A DNA stretch of 64,000 bases from Mobula birostris (lineage: Eukaryota): the NCBI RefSeq assembly GCF_030028105.1, contig NC_092397.1, forward strand, positions 31,711,097 through 31,775,096, in the 5' to 3' direction. The notes under the pieces were generated by a model. It did not search any database and had not been told where the DNA came from. It saw only the letters and a list, made by a program, of their open reading frames with translations. The position numbers and the translations under genes were made by a program. Below, in pieces: positions 1-13,839 of this stretch; the first letter of the stretch is position 1; every line of letters begins with the position of its first letter.

Positions 1-1620
1 ACCCACAGAGACTCTGCAGACAATCCTCCCACGACGTCCTCCTTTTCTGCAGGCATGACACTATCTCTGATCAACAGTGCCACGCCCCACCTGTTTTGTC
101 TTCCTCTCTGTCCTTCCTGAAACATCTAAAACCCGGCACTTGAGGTAACCATTCCTGTCCCTGAGCCATCCAAGTCTCTGTAATGGCCACCACATCATAG
201 CTCCAAGTAGTGATACGTGCTCTAAGCTCATCTGCTTTGTTCACAATACTCCCTGCGTTAAAATAGACACACCTCAAACCGTTGGTCTGAGCATGTACCT
301 TCTCTATCACTTGCCTGTCCTCCCTCACGCACCGTCTCCAAGCTTTCTCTATTTGTGAGCCAACTGCCTCTTCCTCAGTCTCTTAAGTTCAGTCCCCACC
401 CCCCAACAGTTCTAGTTTAAACTCTCCCCAGTAGCAAACCTCCCCGCCAAGATATTGGTCCCCGTGGGATTCAAGTGCAACTCGTCCTTTTTGTACAGGT
501 CACACCTGCCCCAAAAGAGGTCTCAATGATCCAGAAATCTCAATCCCTGCCCCCTGCTTCAATCCCTCAGCCACGCATTTATCCTCCAGCTCATTCTATT
601 CCTATACTCACTGTCCCGTGGCATAGGCAGTAATCCCGAGATTACTACCTTTGCTCTCCTGCTTCTCATCTTCCTTCCTAACTCCCTGTGGACTGTTTTC
701 AGGACCTCTTCCCTTTTCCTACCTATGTCAGTGGTACCAATATGTACCACGAGCTCTGGCTGTTCTCCATTCCACTGCAGGATATTTTGGACGTGATCTG
801 AAACTTCCCGGACCCTGGCATCGAGGAGGCAAACTACCATCCGTGTTTCTTTCCTGCGTCCACAGAATTGCCTAACTGAAGAGTCCCCTATCACTGCTGC
901 CTTTCTCTTCCTTTACCTACCCTTCTGAGCCACACGGCCAGACTCTGTGTCAGAGGCACGGCCACTGTTGCTTCCCCCAGGTAGGCTATCTCACCCCTCC
1001 CCCCCCAACAGTACTCAAACAGGAGTACTTATTGTTCAGGGGGACAGCCACAGGGGTACTCGCTGGTACCTGACTCTTCCCCTTCCCTCTCCTGACTATT
1101 AACCAGTTGTCTGTCTCCTGTGGTCCCGGTGTGACTACCTACCTATAACTCCCTTCTATCACCTCCTCGCTCTCCCTGACCAGACAAAGGTCAACGAGCT
1201 GCAACTCCCGTTCCCTAACACAGTCCCTTAGGAACCACAGCTCAACACACCGGGTGCGGATATTGCCATCCAGGAGGCTGGGAGACTCCAGAACTTTCCA
1301 CATCTGACACCGAGCACAGAACACCAGCCTCACACACGTAGTTCCTTTCCGCAATTAACGCAGTTAAACCTACCTCACCTCATTACCACCTACGCCCGTT
1401 TAGCCAAAGCCCTCTCACTCTGCTGCCTGCTGGATATGGCGGTCTTCTTTTTAACCTTTTCCCGCTGTACTGGCTGATGTCACGCACCTGTGCAGTCTTC
1501 CCTCTCTTTACTCCGAGTAGTAAAATACCTTTGCTCCGGAAATCCTGAGCCGTTCCACTCGCAGCCTTGCGCTTTTCCTCATCCTCTTTAAACCACACAT
1601 TTCTCTCGTTAAACTTCTGT
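1..1620 (-). mobile_element. CR1-clade LINE, 5' portion (5'UTR, ORF1 Zn-finger + SGNH esterase, start of ORF2 APE endonuclease), degenerate
   Basis: ORF 1139-1354 CARCQMW...RCVEL (ORF1 Zn finger); ORF 559-894 IGDSSVR/VVHIGTTDIG/VVISGLLP (SGNH esterase); ORF 71-328 YFNAGSIVNKADEL..DVVAITETW (APE). Frameshifts and stops between fragments. Confidence 0.85.
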
Positions 1621-2059
1621 TGCACACACCTCATAATTGTCTATATTAAATTCCATCTGCCATTTTAACAGCTGGACAATGTCCCATATCAATATTTGCT
1701 AGCCTTCCTTGCTGTCCACTGCACCCCTAATCTTGGTGTTGTCTGCAAACTTGCTGATCCAGTTTACCACATTCTCATCCAGATCATTAATACAGACGGA
1801 AAACAACAATGGACCCAGCACTGGGAAGTTTAACCAGGACAGGATGTACACAGTGAATGACAGGTTCCTGAGAAGTGTTCATGAACAGAGACTTTGTGTG
1901 TTTCTGTCTCCACCACCTCCCCTGGCAGGTCATTCGGGAGACCATCACTGATCCTTATCCCTCTCAAACCCCCCTCCCATTCCTCCCACAATCAAGAACA
2001 TCCACATTAAATATACCCAATGAATTGGCCACAGCCGTCTGTGGGGATGAATTCAGAGT

Positions 2060-3580
2060 CAGAACCAGAATCAGGTTTATTACCACCGGCGTGTGTCATG
2101 AAATTTGTTAATGTAGCAACAGCAGTTCAATGCTGTACATGATAATATAGAAAGAATAAATAAATTACAGTATGTGTGTGTGTGTGTGTATGGATATGTT
2201 TATTATGTAGATTGAAAACTGTGCAAAAACAGAAATAACATATATAGAATACATCTATAGCAGTTTTGTCTCTCTTAAATTGAGAAATCAAATATCTTCA
2301 AACTCCTGATGAAACATATCCGCTGTCTTGCCGCCTTTATACTGTAGCTGCATTGATATGTTGGGACCAGTTTAGGTGCTCAGAGATATTGATATCCAGG
2401 AACTTGAAATTATTCACTCTCTCCACTTCTGATCCCTCTCTGAGGATTGGTTTGTGTTCTGTCATCTTACCTTTCCTTCAATCAGCTCTTTTGTCGCACT
2501 GACATTAAGCACAAGGTAGTTGCTGCGACACCACTCAGCTAGCTGGTATATCTTGCTCCTGTAAGTCCTCTCCTCTCCATCTGAGATTGTACCAGCAATG
2601 GTTGTATCCAGCATATTTATGGATGGCTTTTGAGCTACGCTTAGTCACATAGTCATGGGTAGAGGGGGAGTGGAGCAGTCAGCTAAGCACAATCCCTGAG
2701 GTGCACCAGTGTCAGTTTGATCGTCAGCAAGGAGGAGATATTAATCTGAATTTGAATTGAATTTATTTCTTGTATCCTTCATGTACATGAGGAGTAAAAA
2801 TCTTTGTTACATCTCTGTCTAAATGTGCAATTTACAATCACAGTAATTTATATTAATTTATAATAAATAGAACAGCCAATGTAACATAGAAATACACTCA
2901 AATCAGTGTGAGTTAATCAGTCTGCTGGCCTGGTGGAAGAAGCTGTCCCGGAGCCTGTGTGTCCTGGCTTTTATGTTGTGGTACTGTTTCCCGGATGGTT
3001 GCAGCTGGAATAGATCGTGGTTGGGGTGATTCAGGTCCCCAGTGATCCTTCAGGCCCTTTTCTCACACCTTCTGTTGTAAGTGTCCTCAGTCATGGGAAG
3101 TTCACAACTACAGATGCGCTGGGCTGTCTGCACCACTCTCTGTAGGGTCCTGCGATTAACGGAGATGCAGTTTCCATACCAGGCAGTGATGCAGCCATTC
3201 AGGATGTTCACAATTTTGCCCCTGTAGAAAGTTCTTAGGATTTGGGGGCTCATAGCAAACTTCCTCACCCGTCTGAGGTGAAAGTGATGCTGTTGTGCCT
3301 TTTTCACCGCTCAGCTCGTGTGTGCAGACTGCGTGAGATCCTCGGGTATGCTGATGCTCAGGAACTTAAAGCTGTTTACCGTCTCAACCCTAGATCCATT
3401 GATGTCAATAGGGGTTAGCCCGTCTCCATTAATCCACACAGATTGTGGTCTCCCGGTTAGGAAGTCGAGGATCGAGTTGCAGAGAGACCAGGTTCTGCAG
3501 CTTATTAATCAGGACTGTGGGATTGATGATATTAAACACTGAGCTATAGTCAATGAACAACATCCTGACACAGGCTATGC
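2060..3580 (-). mobile_element. Nested Rex1/Babar-like LINE 3' fragments
   Basis: ORF 3050-3307 KKAQQHHFHLRRVRKF..LRTFYRG..GCITAWYGNC is typical of the Rex1/Babar RT C-terminus; short-repeat tails near 2065 and 2750. Confidence 0.7.
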
Positions 3581-5510
3581 AGATGCACTACCCCTTGGTA
3601 TGGAAATTATTCCTGATCTTTGTTCTAACAGGATGTCCTAGTATTCTGAGGCTGTGCCCTGTGATCCCAGACTGCCCCGCTATCAGAAACATCCTCCCCA
3701 CTCCATTGTAGGTCTTTCTATTTTTGATAGGTTTCAATGAGATTCCCTCATTCTTCTAAAGTCTAGCGAGTAGAGGCCGAGAGCCAGCAAATAATCCTCG
3801 TGCATTAACCCTTTTATTGTCAGGATCATTCTTGTGAACCTCCTCTGGACCCCCTCCAATGTGAACACGTACCTTTTTAGATAAGGGGCCCAGAACAGTT
3901 CACAATACTCCAAGTGTGATCGGACCACTGCCTTATAAAGTCTGAGCGTTACATCCTTGCTTTTGTGTTGTAGTCTTCTTGAAATGAATGCTGACGTTGC
4001 ATTTGGTTTCCTTACCACCAAATCAACTGGCAAGTTTACCATTAGGAAATCCTGCACATCGGAGACGTGCCTGACCCCAGCACCCAGGAGGGGACACCCC
4101 ACCGTGGCATCTCTCTTGCTGCCACAGAATCTCCTGCACATCCCCTGTACTGTGAGTCTGTTGTCATCACTGCTGTGATTGACCTTTCCTCCCGCGGAGC
4201 ATCGGACCGGGGTGTCAGTATCACTGACATGACGGGCTGCTGTTCTCTGGTTCGTCATCCTCCCAGGGGTATCCAAAGGAGTGTACTTGTTGCTGATGGT
4301 CACAGCCACAGGGAGACATTGCACTGTCTGTCTCTTCCCCTTTCCAGTCGTGGTAGTCACCAAACTGACCAACCCACTGAATCTCTGGTCTCAGCATCCT
4401 GGAAACTCTGGGTCTGTCCATCTCCAGCACCATTCCCACTTCTAGTGGTCACCCTCGTGCATTAATCCTTTTATTGCCAGGATCATTTGTGGCACCCTGT
4501 CAAAGAAAGCCTTTTGAAAGTCCAAATATATGACATCAGTGCATCCCCTTTATCCATCCTGTGTGTAATCTGCTCAGAAAGTATTCCAACAGGTTCATCA
4601 GGCAAGACTTTCCCTTAAGGAAACCGTGCTGACTTTGTCCTTTCTTGTCCTGTGTTTCCAATACTCCTTAACAATTCACTCCGGTATCTTCCCAACCACT
4701 GAAGTCAGTCCAACTGGTCTATAATTCCCTTTCTGCTGCCTTGTCTAATCCAGTATAGCTGTTCCCCTAGTAGCTCAATGACAAACTGCTCCAAAAAGCC
4801 ATCTGTTCAGCATTCACCAAACTCACTCTCTTGAGATCTATTGCCAACCTGATTTTCCCAATTGACCTGCATGTTAAAATCTCCCCTGAATCCCATGAAA
4901 TCTCGAATAACATTCCCTTTTTGACATGACTTTTCTATTTACTATTGTAATTTGTGGCCCACATCCCAGCAACTCTTGGGAGGCCTGTATATAGCTACCA
5001 TCAGCGTCTTTTACCCTTGCAGTTTTTTAACTCAATTCACAAGGATTCAACATCTTCCAATCTTATGTCACATCTTTCTACTGATTTGTTACCATTCTTT
5101 ATCAGCAGAGCCATTCCATCCCCATTGCCCACCTTCCTGTCTCTCTGATACGTGTAACCTTGGGCACTTAGCTCCCAACTACAAACATTCTTCAGCCGTG
5201 ATTCAGTGATGGTCACGACAATCCGTAATAGGGCAATAAGATTATCCACCTTATTTCTTATACTCCGTGTATTGAGATATAACAGTTTGAGTACTGTATT
5301 TGCTACCCTTATTAATTCTGCATCCCTCATGCACTGATACTAACCCTGCTGGCTGCAGTTATGTCCTATCATCTGCCTGCCCTTCCTGACAGTGTGACTG
5401 CATGCAATCTTTGCTTTCTTTACCATCTGTCCTACCCTGAGTCTTTTCACACCTGTTCCCACGCCCCTGCCAAATTAGTTTAAATCCTCCCCAACCGCTC
5501 TAACAAACCA
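3580..5510 (-). mobile_element. Mosaic of old CR1 fragments (RT 3' end, ORF1 esterase, endonuclease)
   Basis: LYKAVVRSHLEYC..QRRFTRMI (ORF 3734-4372) and YLNTRSIRNKVD..ITESRL (ORF 5037-5330). ORF 3734-4372 is chimeric. Confidence 0.7.
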
Positions 5511-6549
5511 GCAGTATGCCCACAAGAAAGCTAATCTCAGGGTTGTATATGGTGACAAATGTATTTTGATAATACATTTATTTTCAGCTTTGAACTTTGT
5601 CGTAGAGAGCCGGGTGTTGTCCTGGTCTGTGTCCTCACTGGCCGGTGCTGTGCTCTGGCAGCTCAGTGTGCTTGGTATACAGTGTCAGTGTTTTGACAGA
5701 AGTGTGTCCTTATTACACAATTGATCTTGTCCACCCTGGAGCTTGGAAGATTCACTGGAGACCAGAATGTTTTTTTCAGACTATTATTGGGTAGAGAATC
5801 ATTCTGTGATCATCGAGACTATTTGACCCATCAAATTTATACCACCTCCTGCTACAACATTTCCACAGTCCCCACTCTGTTCCCACAGCTCTGCAGGTCA
5901 TTTCCCCTGAAGGACCTGTCTAATTCCTCTTTGAACACTGGTTGTTCCTTCCACCACTCTGCTGAGTCCCATATTTCCCAAGGTGAAGTCAAGAATGTCC
6001 CCCTCCCTGGTGGACGACATATTGTTTCAGGAAACCTTCCTGAACACAAATAATGCCCCATCCAAGCCTCAGGGTGTAACGGAGTCCCAGTTACTCTGAG
6101 GAGATATTCACTCACCAAATCTACTCTGTAGTTTTTGCATCATCCCATAACCTGCTAACATATCTGTTTCTGTCTCTTACTGGCTATTGGGAGGTCTGCA
6201 GTATAATCCCATCATGGTGATTGCACCTTTCTTATTCCTGATTTCTACCCACATTGTCTTACTGGATGAGCCTCTGGGATGACCTTGACCTTGTGACATT
6301 CTGCCTGATCAGCAGTACAGAGCCCGAACCTCATTCACCACCCTCTGGACTGTCTGAATCATCTGAATCCTGGAATGTTTATCTGTCAGTGCTGCCCTTC
6401 TCTCAGCCAGATCTCTGTAATGGCTGGATCACCGTGCCATGTACTAATCCAGGCTCTAAGTACGTCTGCCGTAACCGTTCTACACTGCACTGATATAAAC
6501 ACACTTCAGGCCCTCAGTGCCACTGTGCTCAGTAACTTGGCCTAACTTC

Positions 6550-6985
6550 ACAGTGGTGTACTGAGCCAATGGCACCAACACGGGTGATGCTATCCGACTC
6601 AAACTGATTGGAAAGGCTGGTTCTGTTATAGGAGAGAAACTGGACACACTGGGGGCCGTGGTAAAACAAAGGACCCTACGGAAAATCCTGGCAATCCTGG
6701 ACAATGTTTCTCACCCTCTGCATGCCACCTTGACTGAACAGAGGAGCACCTTCTGTAACAGAATAAGACAACTCTGCTGCTCCAAGGAGCGCTGTATGAA
6801 GTCATTCTTGCACTGGGCCATCAGGGTCAATAATGAGTCAACCTATAGCCGGGGAAGTGATGACCCCCCCCCCCCCCCCATGTTAGACTGTTGGAGATAA
6901 CCTACTTTTTATTCTTTCTCTTGCTTCTCTTCTGATATTTGTATATCTGTGCACTTGTAATGCTGCTGAGACACTGTAATTTATC
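6550..6985 (+). mobile_element. Rex1/Babar-like LINE 3' end
   Basis: ILDNVSHPLH..RIRQLCCSKER..KSF motif (ORF 6658-6900), followed by a 3'UTR ending gacactgtaattt. Confidence 0.65.
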
Positions 6986-7575
6986 CACTTGGACTTACTT
7001 CCTGTGTTAATCCACATCCATCAATGCCAGTTACTGACCTCTTACTCTTCCCATCACCTGTCCTGAAGGAGAGCCCAATGATCCATGTAACTAAAACCCT
7101 CCGTCCTGCACCAGCTCGTGAGCCACACATATAACTGTACCACACTTTTATTCCTTCCCTCGCTAGCAGGTGGCACTGGGATTTCCACCACTGCCGCCCC
7201 CCCCCCCCCCACCCCGACCACAGAGTTTCCACTTCACTTTTTCCCCAAATCCCTGAGCTCTCCTTGCAGGACTTTGTCTCTTTTGTTAGTGTCAATATGG
7301 ACCACGACCTCTGGCTGCTCACCCTGCCCTTTCAGAATGGCCTGTACTTGTTCAGTTCCATCCTTGGCCCTGGTACCAGGGAGGTAATGCACCATCCTGC
7401 AGTCTGTCTCCTTACGGCAGATACACTTGTCTGAGACCCCGGCTAAAGACTCCCCTGTCACTGAGGCTCACCGAGAACACAGAACAGTACAGCACAGGAA
7501 CAGACCCTTCTTCCCATGATGTCTGTGCTGAACACGATGCCAAATGAAACTAAGTCTCTTCAGCCCGCTTATAAT

Positions 7576-9828
7576 TCATAGAAAACATACATAGAAAATA
7601 GGTGCAGGAGTAGGCCATTCGGCCCTTCGAGCCTGCATTGCCATTTATTATGATCATGGCTGATCATCCAACTCAGAACCCCGCCCCAGCCTTCCCTCCA
7701 TACCCCCTGACCCCCGTAGCCACAAGGGCCATATCTAACTCCCTCTTAAATATAGCCAATGAACTGGCCTCAACTGTTTCCTGTGGCAGAGAATTCCACG
7801 GATTCACCACTCTCTGTGTGAAGAAGTTTTTCCTAATCTCGGTCCTAAAAGGCTTCCCCTCAATCCTCAAACTGTGGCCCCTCGTTCTGGACTTCCCCAA
7901 CATCAGGAACAATCTTCCTGCATCTGGCCTGTCCAATCCCTTTGGGATCTTATACGTTTCAATCAGATCCCCCCTCACTCTTCTAAATTCCAACGAGTAC
8001 AAGCCCAGTTCATCCAGTCTTTCTTCATATGAAAGCCCTGCCATCCCAGGAATCAATCTGGTGAACCTTCTTTGTACTCCCTCTATGGCAAGGATGTCTT
8101 TCCTCAGATTTGGGGACCAAAACTGCACACAATACTCCAGGTGTGGTCTCACCAAGGCCTTGTACAACTGCAGTAGTACCTCCCTGCTCCTGTACTCGAA
8201 TCCTCTTGCTATAAATGCCAGCATACCATTCGCCTTCTTCACCGCCTGCTGTACCTGCATGCCCACTTTCAATGACTGGTGTATAATGACACCCAGGTCT
8301 CGTTGCAACTCCCCTTTTCCTAATCGGCCACCATTCAGATAATAATCTGTTTTCCTATTTTTGCCACCAAAGTGGATAACTTCACATTTATCCACATGAA
8401 ATTGCATCTGCCATGAATTTGCCCACTCACCCAACCTATCCAAGTCACCCTACATCCTCTTAGCATCCTTCTCAGAGCTAACACTGCCACCCAGCTTCGT
8501 GTCATCCGCAAACTTGGAGATGCTGCATTTAATTCCCTCATCCAAGTCATTAATATATATTGTAAACAACTCAGGTCCCAGCACTGAGCCTTGCGGTACC
8601 CCACTAGTCACCGCCTGCCATTCTGAAAAGGTCCTGTTTATTCCCACTCTTTGCTTCCTGTCTGCTGACCAACTGTCCACCCACACCAATCCCTTACCCG
8701 CAATACCGTGTGCTTTAAGTTTGCACACTAATCTCCTGTGTGGAACCTTGTCAAAAGCCTTCTGAAAATCCAAATATACCACATCCACTGGTTCTCCCCT
8801 ATCCACTCTGCTAGTTACATTCTCAAAAAATTCTATGAGATTCGTCAGACATGATTTTCCTTTCACAAATCCATGCTGACTTTGTCCGATCATTTCACCG
8901 CTTTCCAAATGTGCTGTTATTACATCCTTGATAACTGACTCCAGCAGTTTCCCCACCACCGACGTTAGGCTAACCGGTCTATAATTCCCTGGTTTCTCTC
9001 TCCCTCCTTTTTTAAAAAGTGGAGTTACATTAGCCACCCTCCAATCCTCAGGAACTAGTCCAGAATCTAATGAGTTTTGAAAAATTATCACGAATGCATC
9101 CACTATTTCTTGGGCTACTTCCTTAAGCACCCTGGGATGCAGACCATCTGGCCCTGGGGATTTATCTGCCGTCAATCCCGTCAATTTTCCTAACACCACT
9201 TCCCTACTAACATGTATTTCGCTCAGTTCCTCCATCTCACTGGACCCTCTGTCCCCTACTATTTCTGGAAGATTATTTATGTCCTCCTTAGTGAAGACAG
9301 AACCAAAGTAATTATTCAATTGGTCTGCCATGTCCTTCCTCCCCATAATCAATTCACCTGTTTCTGCCTGCAGGGGACCAACATTTGTCTTTACCAGTTT
9401 TTTCCTTTTTACATATCTGTAAAAGCTTTTACAGTCCGTTTTTATGTTTCCTGCCAGTTTTCTCTCATAACCTTTTTTCCCCTTCCTAATTAAGCCCTTT
9501 GTCCTCCTCTGCTGAACTCTGAATTTCTCCCAGTCCTCAGGTGATCCACTTTCTCTGGCTAATTTGTATTCTTCTTCTTTGGAATTGATACTATCCCTAA
9601 TTTTTCTTGTCAGCCACGGATGCACTACCTTCCTTGATTTATTCTTTTGCCAAACTGGGATGAACAATTGTTGTAGTTCATCCATGCAACCTTTAAATGC
9701 TTGCCGTTGCATATCCACCGTCAATCCTTTAAGTGTCATTTGCCAGTCTATCTTAGCGAATTCACGTCTCATACCTTCAAAGTTACCCCTCTTTAAGTTC
9801 AGAACCTTTGTTTCTGAATTAACTTTGT
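7576..9828 (-). mobile_element. Young 5'-truncated CR1 LINE (RT domain), one internal stop
   Basis: ORFs 8450-9772 and 7673-8443 are in frame and separated by one TAG. Motifs [41 protein letters not shown]. (TTTCTATG)-type tail at about 7576-7600. Inserted in an older CR1 3' end with TTCAT at both junctions. Confidence 0.95.
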
Positions 9829-9829
9829 T

Positions 9830-11680
9830 TCATGTGCTTCAATTCTCTGAATAATCATTTGGTTATCTAAAACCCTGTTAAATGTCATTATCATATCTGC
9901 TTCCACCACTCCCCATGGCAGCCCATACGAAGCCCTCACCACTCTCTGTACAGAAACAGAAATCTTACCTGTCCTAACGTCCAATTTTAAATTCTCACCC
10001 TGGCATTTTAAAGCTGCGCCTTCTCATATTTGATATTTCTACCCTGGCAAAATGATCTTGCCTGTTTACCTTGTTTACACCTCTGATAGTTCTATAATCT
10101 TCTGTCAGGTCTCCCCTCGGTCTCCTTCACTCCAGGGAAAACAGTCCCAGTCAGTCTGATCTTTCCTTGTAACTCAAGCCCCCAGAGCAGGTAACATTCC
10201 TGTGAATCGTTTCTGTACCTTTCCAGCTTAATCACATCCTTCTTCTCATGTGACCAGAACTGCACAGGGTACTCCTGGTGTGGTGTCATTATTGATTTGT
10301 ACAACTGTAATGTGATGTCCCAACTCCTCTCAGAGCCTTTGCCGATGAAGACAAGCATGTTGTGCTCCTTCTTCACCACCTTGTCTGCCTGTGTTGGCAC
10401 TTTCAGGGAGTAAGGTACATGTGCCCCAGGTTTCTCTTTCATCAACACTCCTCAGGACCTTCCATTCACTGGGTATGTCCTGACCTGCTTTAACTTCCCA
10501 AAATCCATCATTGTGCACTTGTCTGTCACAGTAACAACACTTCTCTGTTTCTCTGCACCAACACCCCAGCAGTAAATGTCAATGGACCATTCAGCTCTGA
10601 ACCTTGGTCATATATGGCTTTATGAACCACTCACTGCTCCTGTCTCTATTTTGTTGTGTAGTTCAGCACCTCAACCCCTCTCTATTTCTCTCATTTACAA
10701 TTTATCTCCACATAAATAATAGTTTGACTTTTGATTCCTCCTACCACTCTACATGCCATCACACTTCACCACATTAAACTCCATTTACCATGTATTCTGC
10801 TCGCCAGCTTCCCAGGTCCCATTGAAGAGATGAAATGTCCAATCACAACATGTCCCCCACCACATTCCCTGTCATTGCCACCGTGGATTCCTCACTCTCT
10901 GCCCCTCCTCCGGGTCATTAATATCAATAATAAATCATTGACAATCCAGAACTGGTCGCTGGGACACTCCACTAGTAATATCATCCCAGTCTGAAACAGA
11001 CCTGTTATTCTGTCTCAGTATGATGACCAGTCTTCAGTCAGTATTAACACACTTCCTTCCCAGTACTGAGCTCTGGTCTTGTGCACCAGCCTTACATGTG
11101 GCACCTTGGCAAATGGCTCCCGAAAATCCAAAAACACCACTTCTCCAACTTCCCCTGTAAAGTCTCAAATCTCTGGTGTGTTTGTCAAACATGACTTAAC
11201 ATTCAACAACCCAGGTTACAGGGTCCAAGACCAGGTTCCAGATGGACAAGGTGGTGAAGAGGCTTTTGGAACACTGGCCTTCAGTCAGGGCCCCGAATAT
11301 AGAAGCTGGGATAAGATGTTGCAGTTGTCCAACACGTTGGTTTGGCCACATTTTGCAAATAGTGTTTAGTTTTTGTGACCCTGCTGTATGACAGACACCA
11401 TTCAGCTGGAAAGAGTACAAAGGAGATTTATGGGGATGTTACTGGATCTCAAAGGATTTGTGGAAAGGTGTTTTGGATAATTTTCCCTGTAATGTTGGAG
11501 AATGAGTGCTGATATTGCAGAGGTGTATAAAATCATGAGGGACCTGGAGGCTGGAAATGGAATGAGCTGCTAGGGGGAATGGTTGAGTCATTTACATTAA
11601 AAAAGCACTTGGACAGATAGATGGAAAGGAAAGGTTTTGAAGTATCTTGGCCAAATGCAGAGACATGGGACAAGGAAGAG
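9830..11680. mobile_element. Older CR1 fragments in both orientations
   Basis: LQLYKSIMTPHQEYPVQFWS (10092-10448, minus); YRSWDKMLQL..LVWPH (11079-11369, plus). Confidence 0.65.
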
Positions 11681-12229
11681 GATAACCTTCTTCATAATGT
11701 GGTGGTGAGGGGGTTACAGACCACAAGCTCAGATGGGAACTTTGGTCATCGTGGAATCTGTGTGAACCTGACTGTAGACATTGAACTTTTCCAAATAATT
11801 TGTTATTTCTTGATAGATTATCAACTCCAGTACCTGAAGTGAAGTTAACAGGACTACAGTTACCTGCTTTTTATCTTCCACCCTTCTTCAGCAATGGTTT
11901 TCAACTCCACTGGGACCTTTCTGTAACAGTGAGTTTTGACAAACTTCAATGTCTCTACTTTCTCTACAGACTTCCTGTGAAACCCTCCAGTGCAGGTTGT
12001 TGGGACCTGGTAAAGTTTGCTTTTAGTCCCATTAGTTTCTCCCTTGTAATGCCAATTGTTACACATTATGGCACAATGTTGAAATATCACCGTTAGATAT
12101 CTATGGGATGTTTGCTGTGTCCCACTGTGAGCACTAATGCAAATTACTGAGTTAACTTCTCTGCGTGTTCCTTGTTACTTTTAGCTTTTCACTGGTTCCT
12201 AGAAAATCTCTGATTCTCTTGTGCACCAC

Positions 12230-13626
12230 CAGTATTCAGTTTAAGTATTCACCCCCTTTAATATGACACACCAAATCATCATTGGTGCAGCCAATTAGTT
12301 TTCCATGTTGCATGATCAGTTAAATGGAGATCACCGTGTGCAGTCAAGGTGTTTCAATTGATTGTAGTAATAGTACACCTGTAAGTGGAAGGTCGAACTG
12401 CTGGTGAGTCAGTATCCTGGGAGAAACTACACCGTGAAGACAAATCAACACTCCGAGCTGCTCTGCAAACAGGTAATTGACAAACACAAGCCAGGAGATG
12501 GATACAAGAACATTTCCAAGTCACTGAATGCCCTTCGAGTACAGTTAAGTCACTCATCCAGAAGTGGGAAGAATATGGCACAGCTGTAAATCTACCAAGA
12601 GCAGGCTATCCTCAAAAACTGAGTGGCCATGCAAGAAGGGGCCAGTGGGGGAGGCCACCAGGAGACCTATGATAACTCTAGAGGAGTTACAAGCTTCAGT
12701 GGTGGGAGAGATTGTGCATACATCAACTGTTGCCCGGGTGTTTCACCAGTCGCAGCTTTACGGGAGAGTGGCAGAGAAAAAGCCACTGTTGAAAAATGCT
12801 CTCATGAAATCTTGCCTGAAGTTTGCCAGAATTGTTGGGAGCTCTGAAGTTAGTTGGAAGAAGATTCTATGGTCTGATGAAAACAAAATTGAATTTTTTG
12901 ACCATCACAAACACTAAGTTTGGAGTAAGCCAAACACCGCACAACATCAAAAACACACCATCCCTACCGTGAAGTATGGTGGAGGCTGTATCATCCTGTG
13001 GGTATGCTTCACTGCAGCAGGCCCTGAAAGGCACATAAAGGTAGAGGGTAAAATGAATGCAGCAAAATACAGGGAAATCCTGGAGGAAAACCTAATTCAG
13101 TCTTCAAATGAACTGCAACTTAGGAGAAAATTAATTTTCCAGCAAGACAATGACCGCAAGCATAAAACCAAAGCTGCAAAGGAATGCCTTAAAACAACAA
13201 AGTTAATGTCCCGGAGTGGCTTTGTGAGAGTCCAGACCTCAATCCAATTGAGAATTTGTGGCTGGACTTGAAAAGAAGTGTTCACTCACCAACCCATGCA
13301 TTCTGACAGAGCTTCAGCAGTTTTGTAAAGAAGAATGTGGAAAAATTGCAGTGTTCAGATGTGCAAAGCTGATAGACACCTATTGACACAGACTCAACTG
13401 TAAATACTGCCAAAGGTGCATCAACTAATTACGGATTTGAAGGAGGTAAATACTAAGGCAATAAATTATTTTGTTTCATATTTACAATTAATTTAGATTT
13501 GTTTTCACTTTGACACCGTGGAGTCTTTTCTGTTGATCAGTGTCAAAAAAGCCAAATTAAATCCATTGCAAAAGAATAAAACATAATAACTTCTAAGGAG
13601 ACTGAACATTTTTTATAGGCACTGTA
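12230..13626 (+). mobile_element. Tc1/mariner DNA transposon, degenerate transposase
   Basis: HKPGDGYKNISKSLN (HTH), WKKILWSDENKIEFF, KYGGGCIILW, FQQDNDRKH, SPDLNPIEN-like motif. Right TIR ends ..TATAGGCACTG + TA (13625-13626); left end AAGTATTCACCCC is degenerate. Confidence 0.9.
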
Positions 13627-13839
13627 TCCACTCCTTCAGCAGCAGGTTATGAACAAATCCACCCTGCTCCTTTCCATTTCGCTGATTCTGTGTGGAACAT
13701 TGAATATAGTGGAATGTCGAAGTCCCAGTCTCTGCAACCATGTCCCTGCCAATAGCTGTTAGATCAAACATATTCATCAGTACACAATATGGAACAGATG
13801 GCAACCTGCCCTTCGGCCCAGAATATCTGCGCCAATCAT

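Noticed and set aside
3734-4372. 212-aa ORF as a novel gene
   Set aside because: Chance in-frame fusion of CR1 ORF1 and RT fragments from a nested insertion.
12404-13430. Active or domesticated Tc1 transposase
   Set aside because: Several frameshifts and stops, and a degenerate left TIR.
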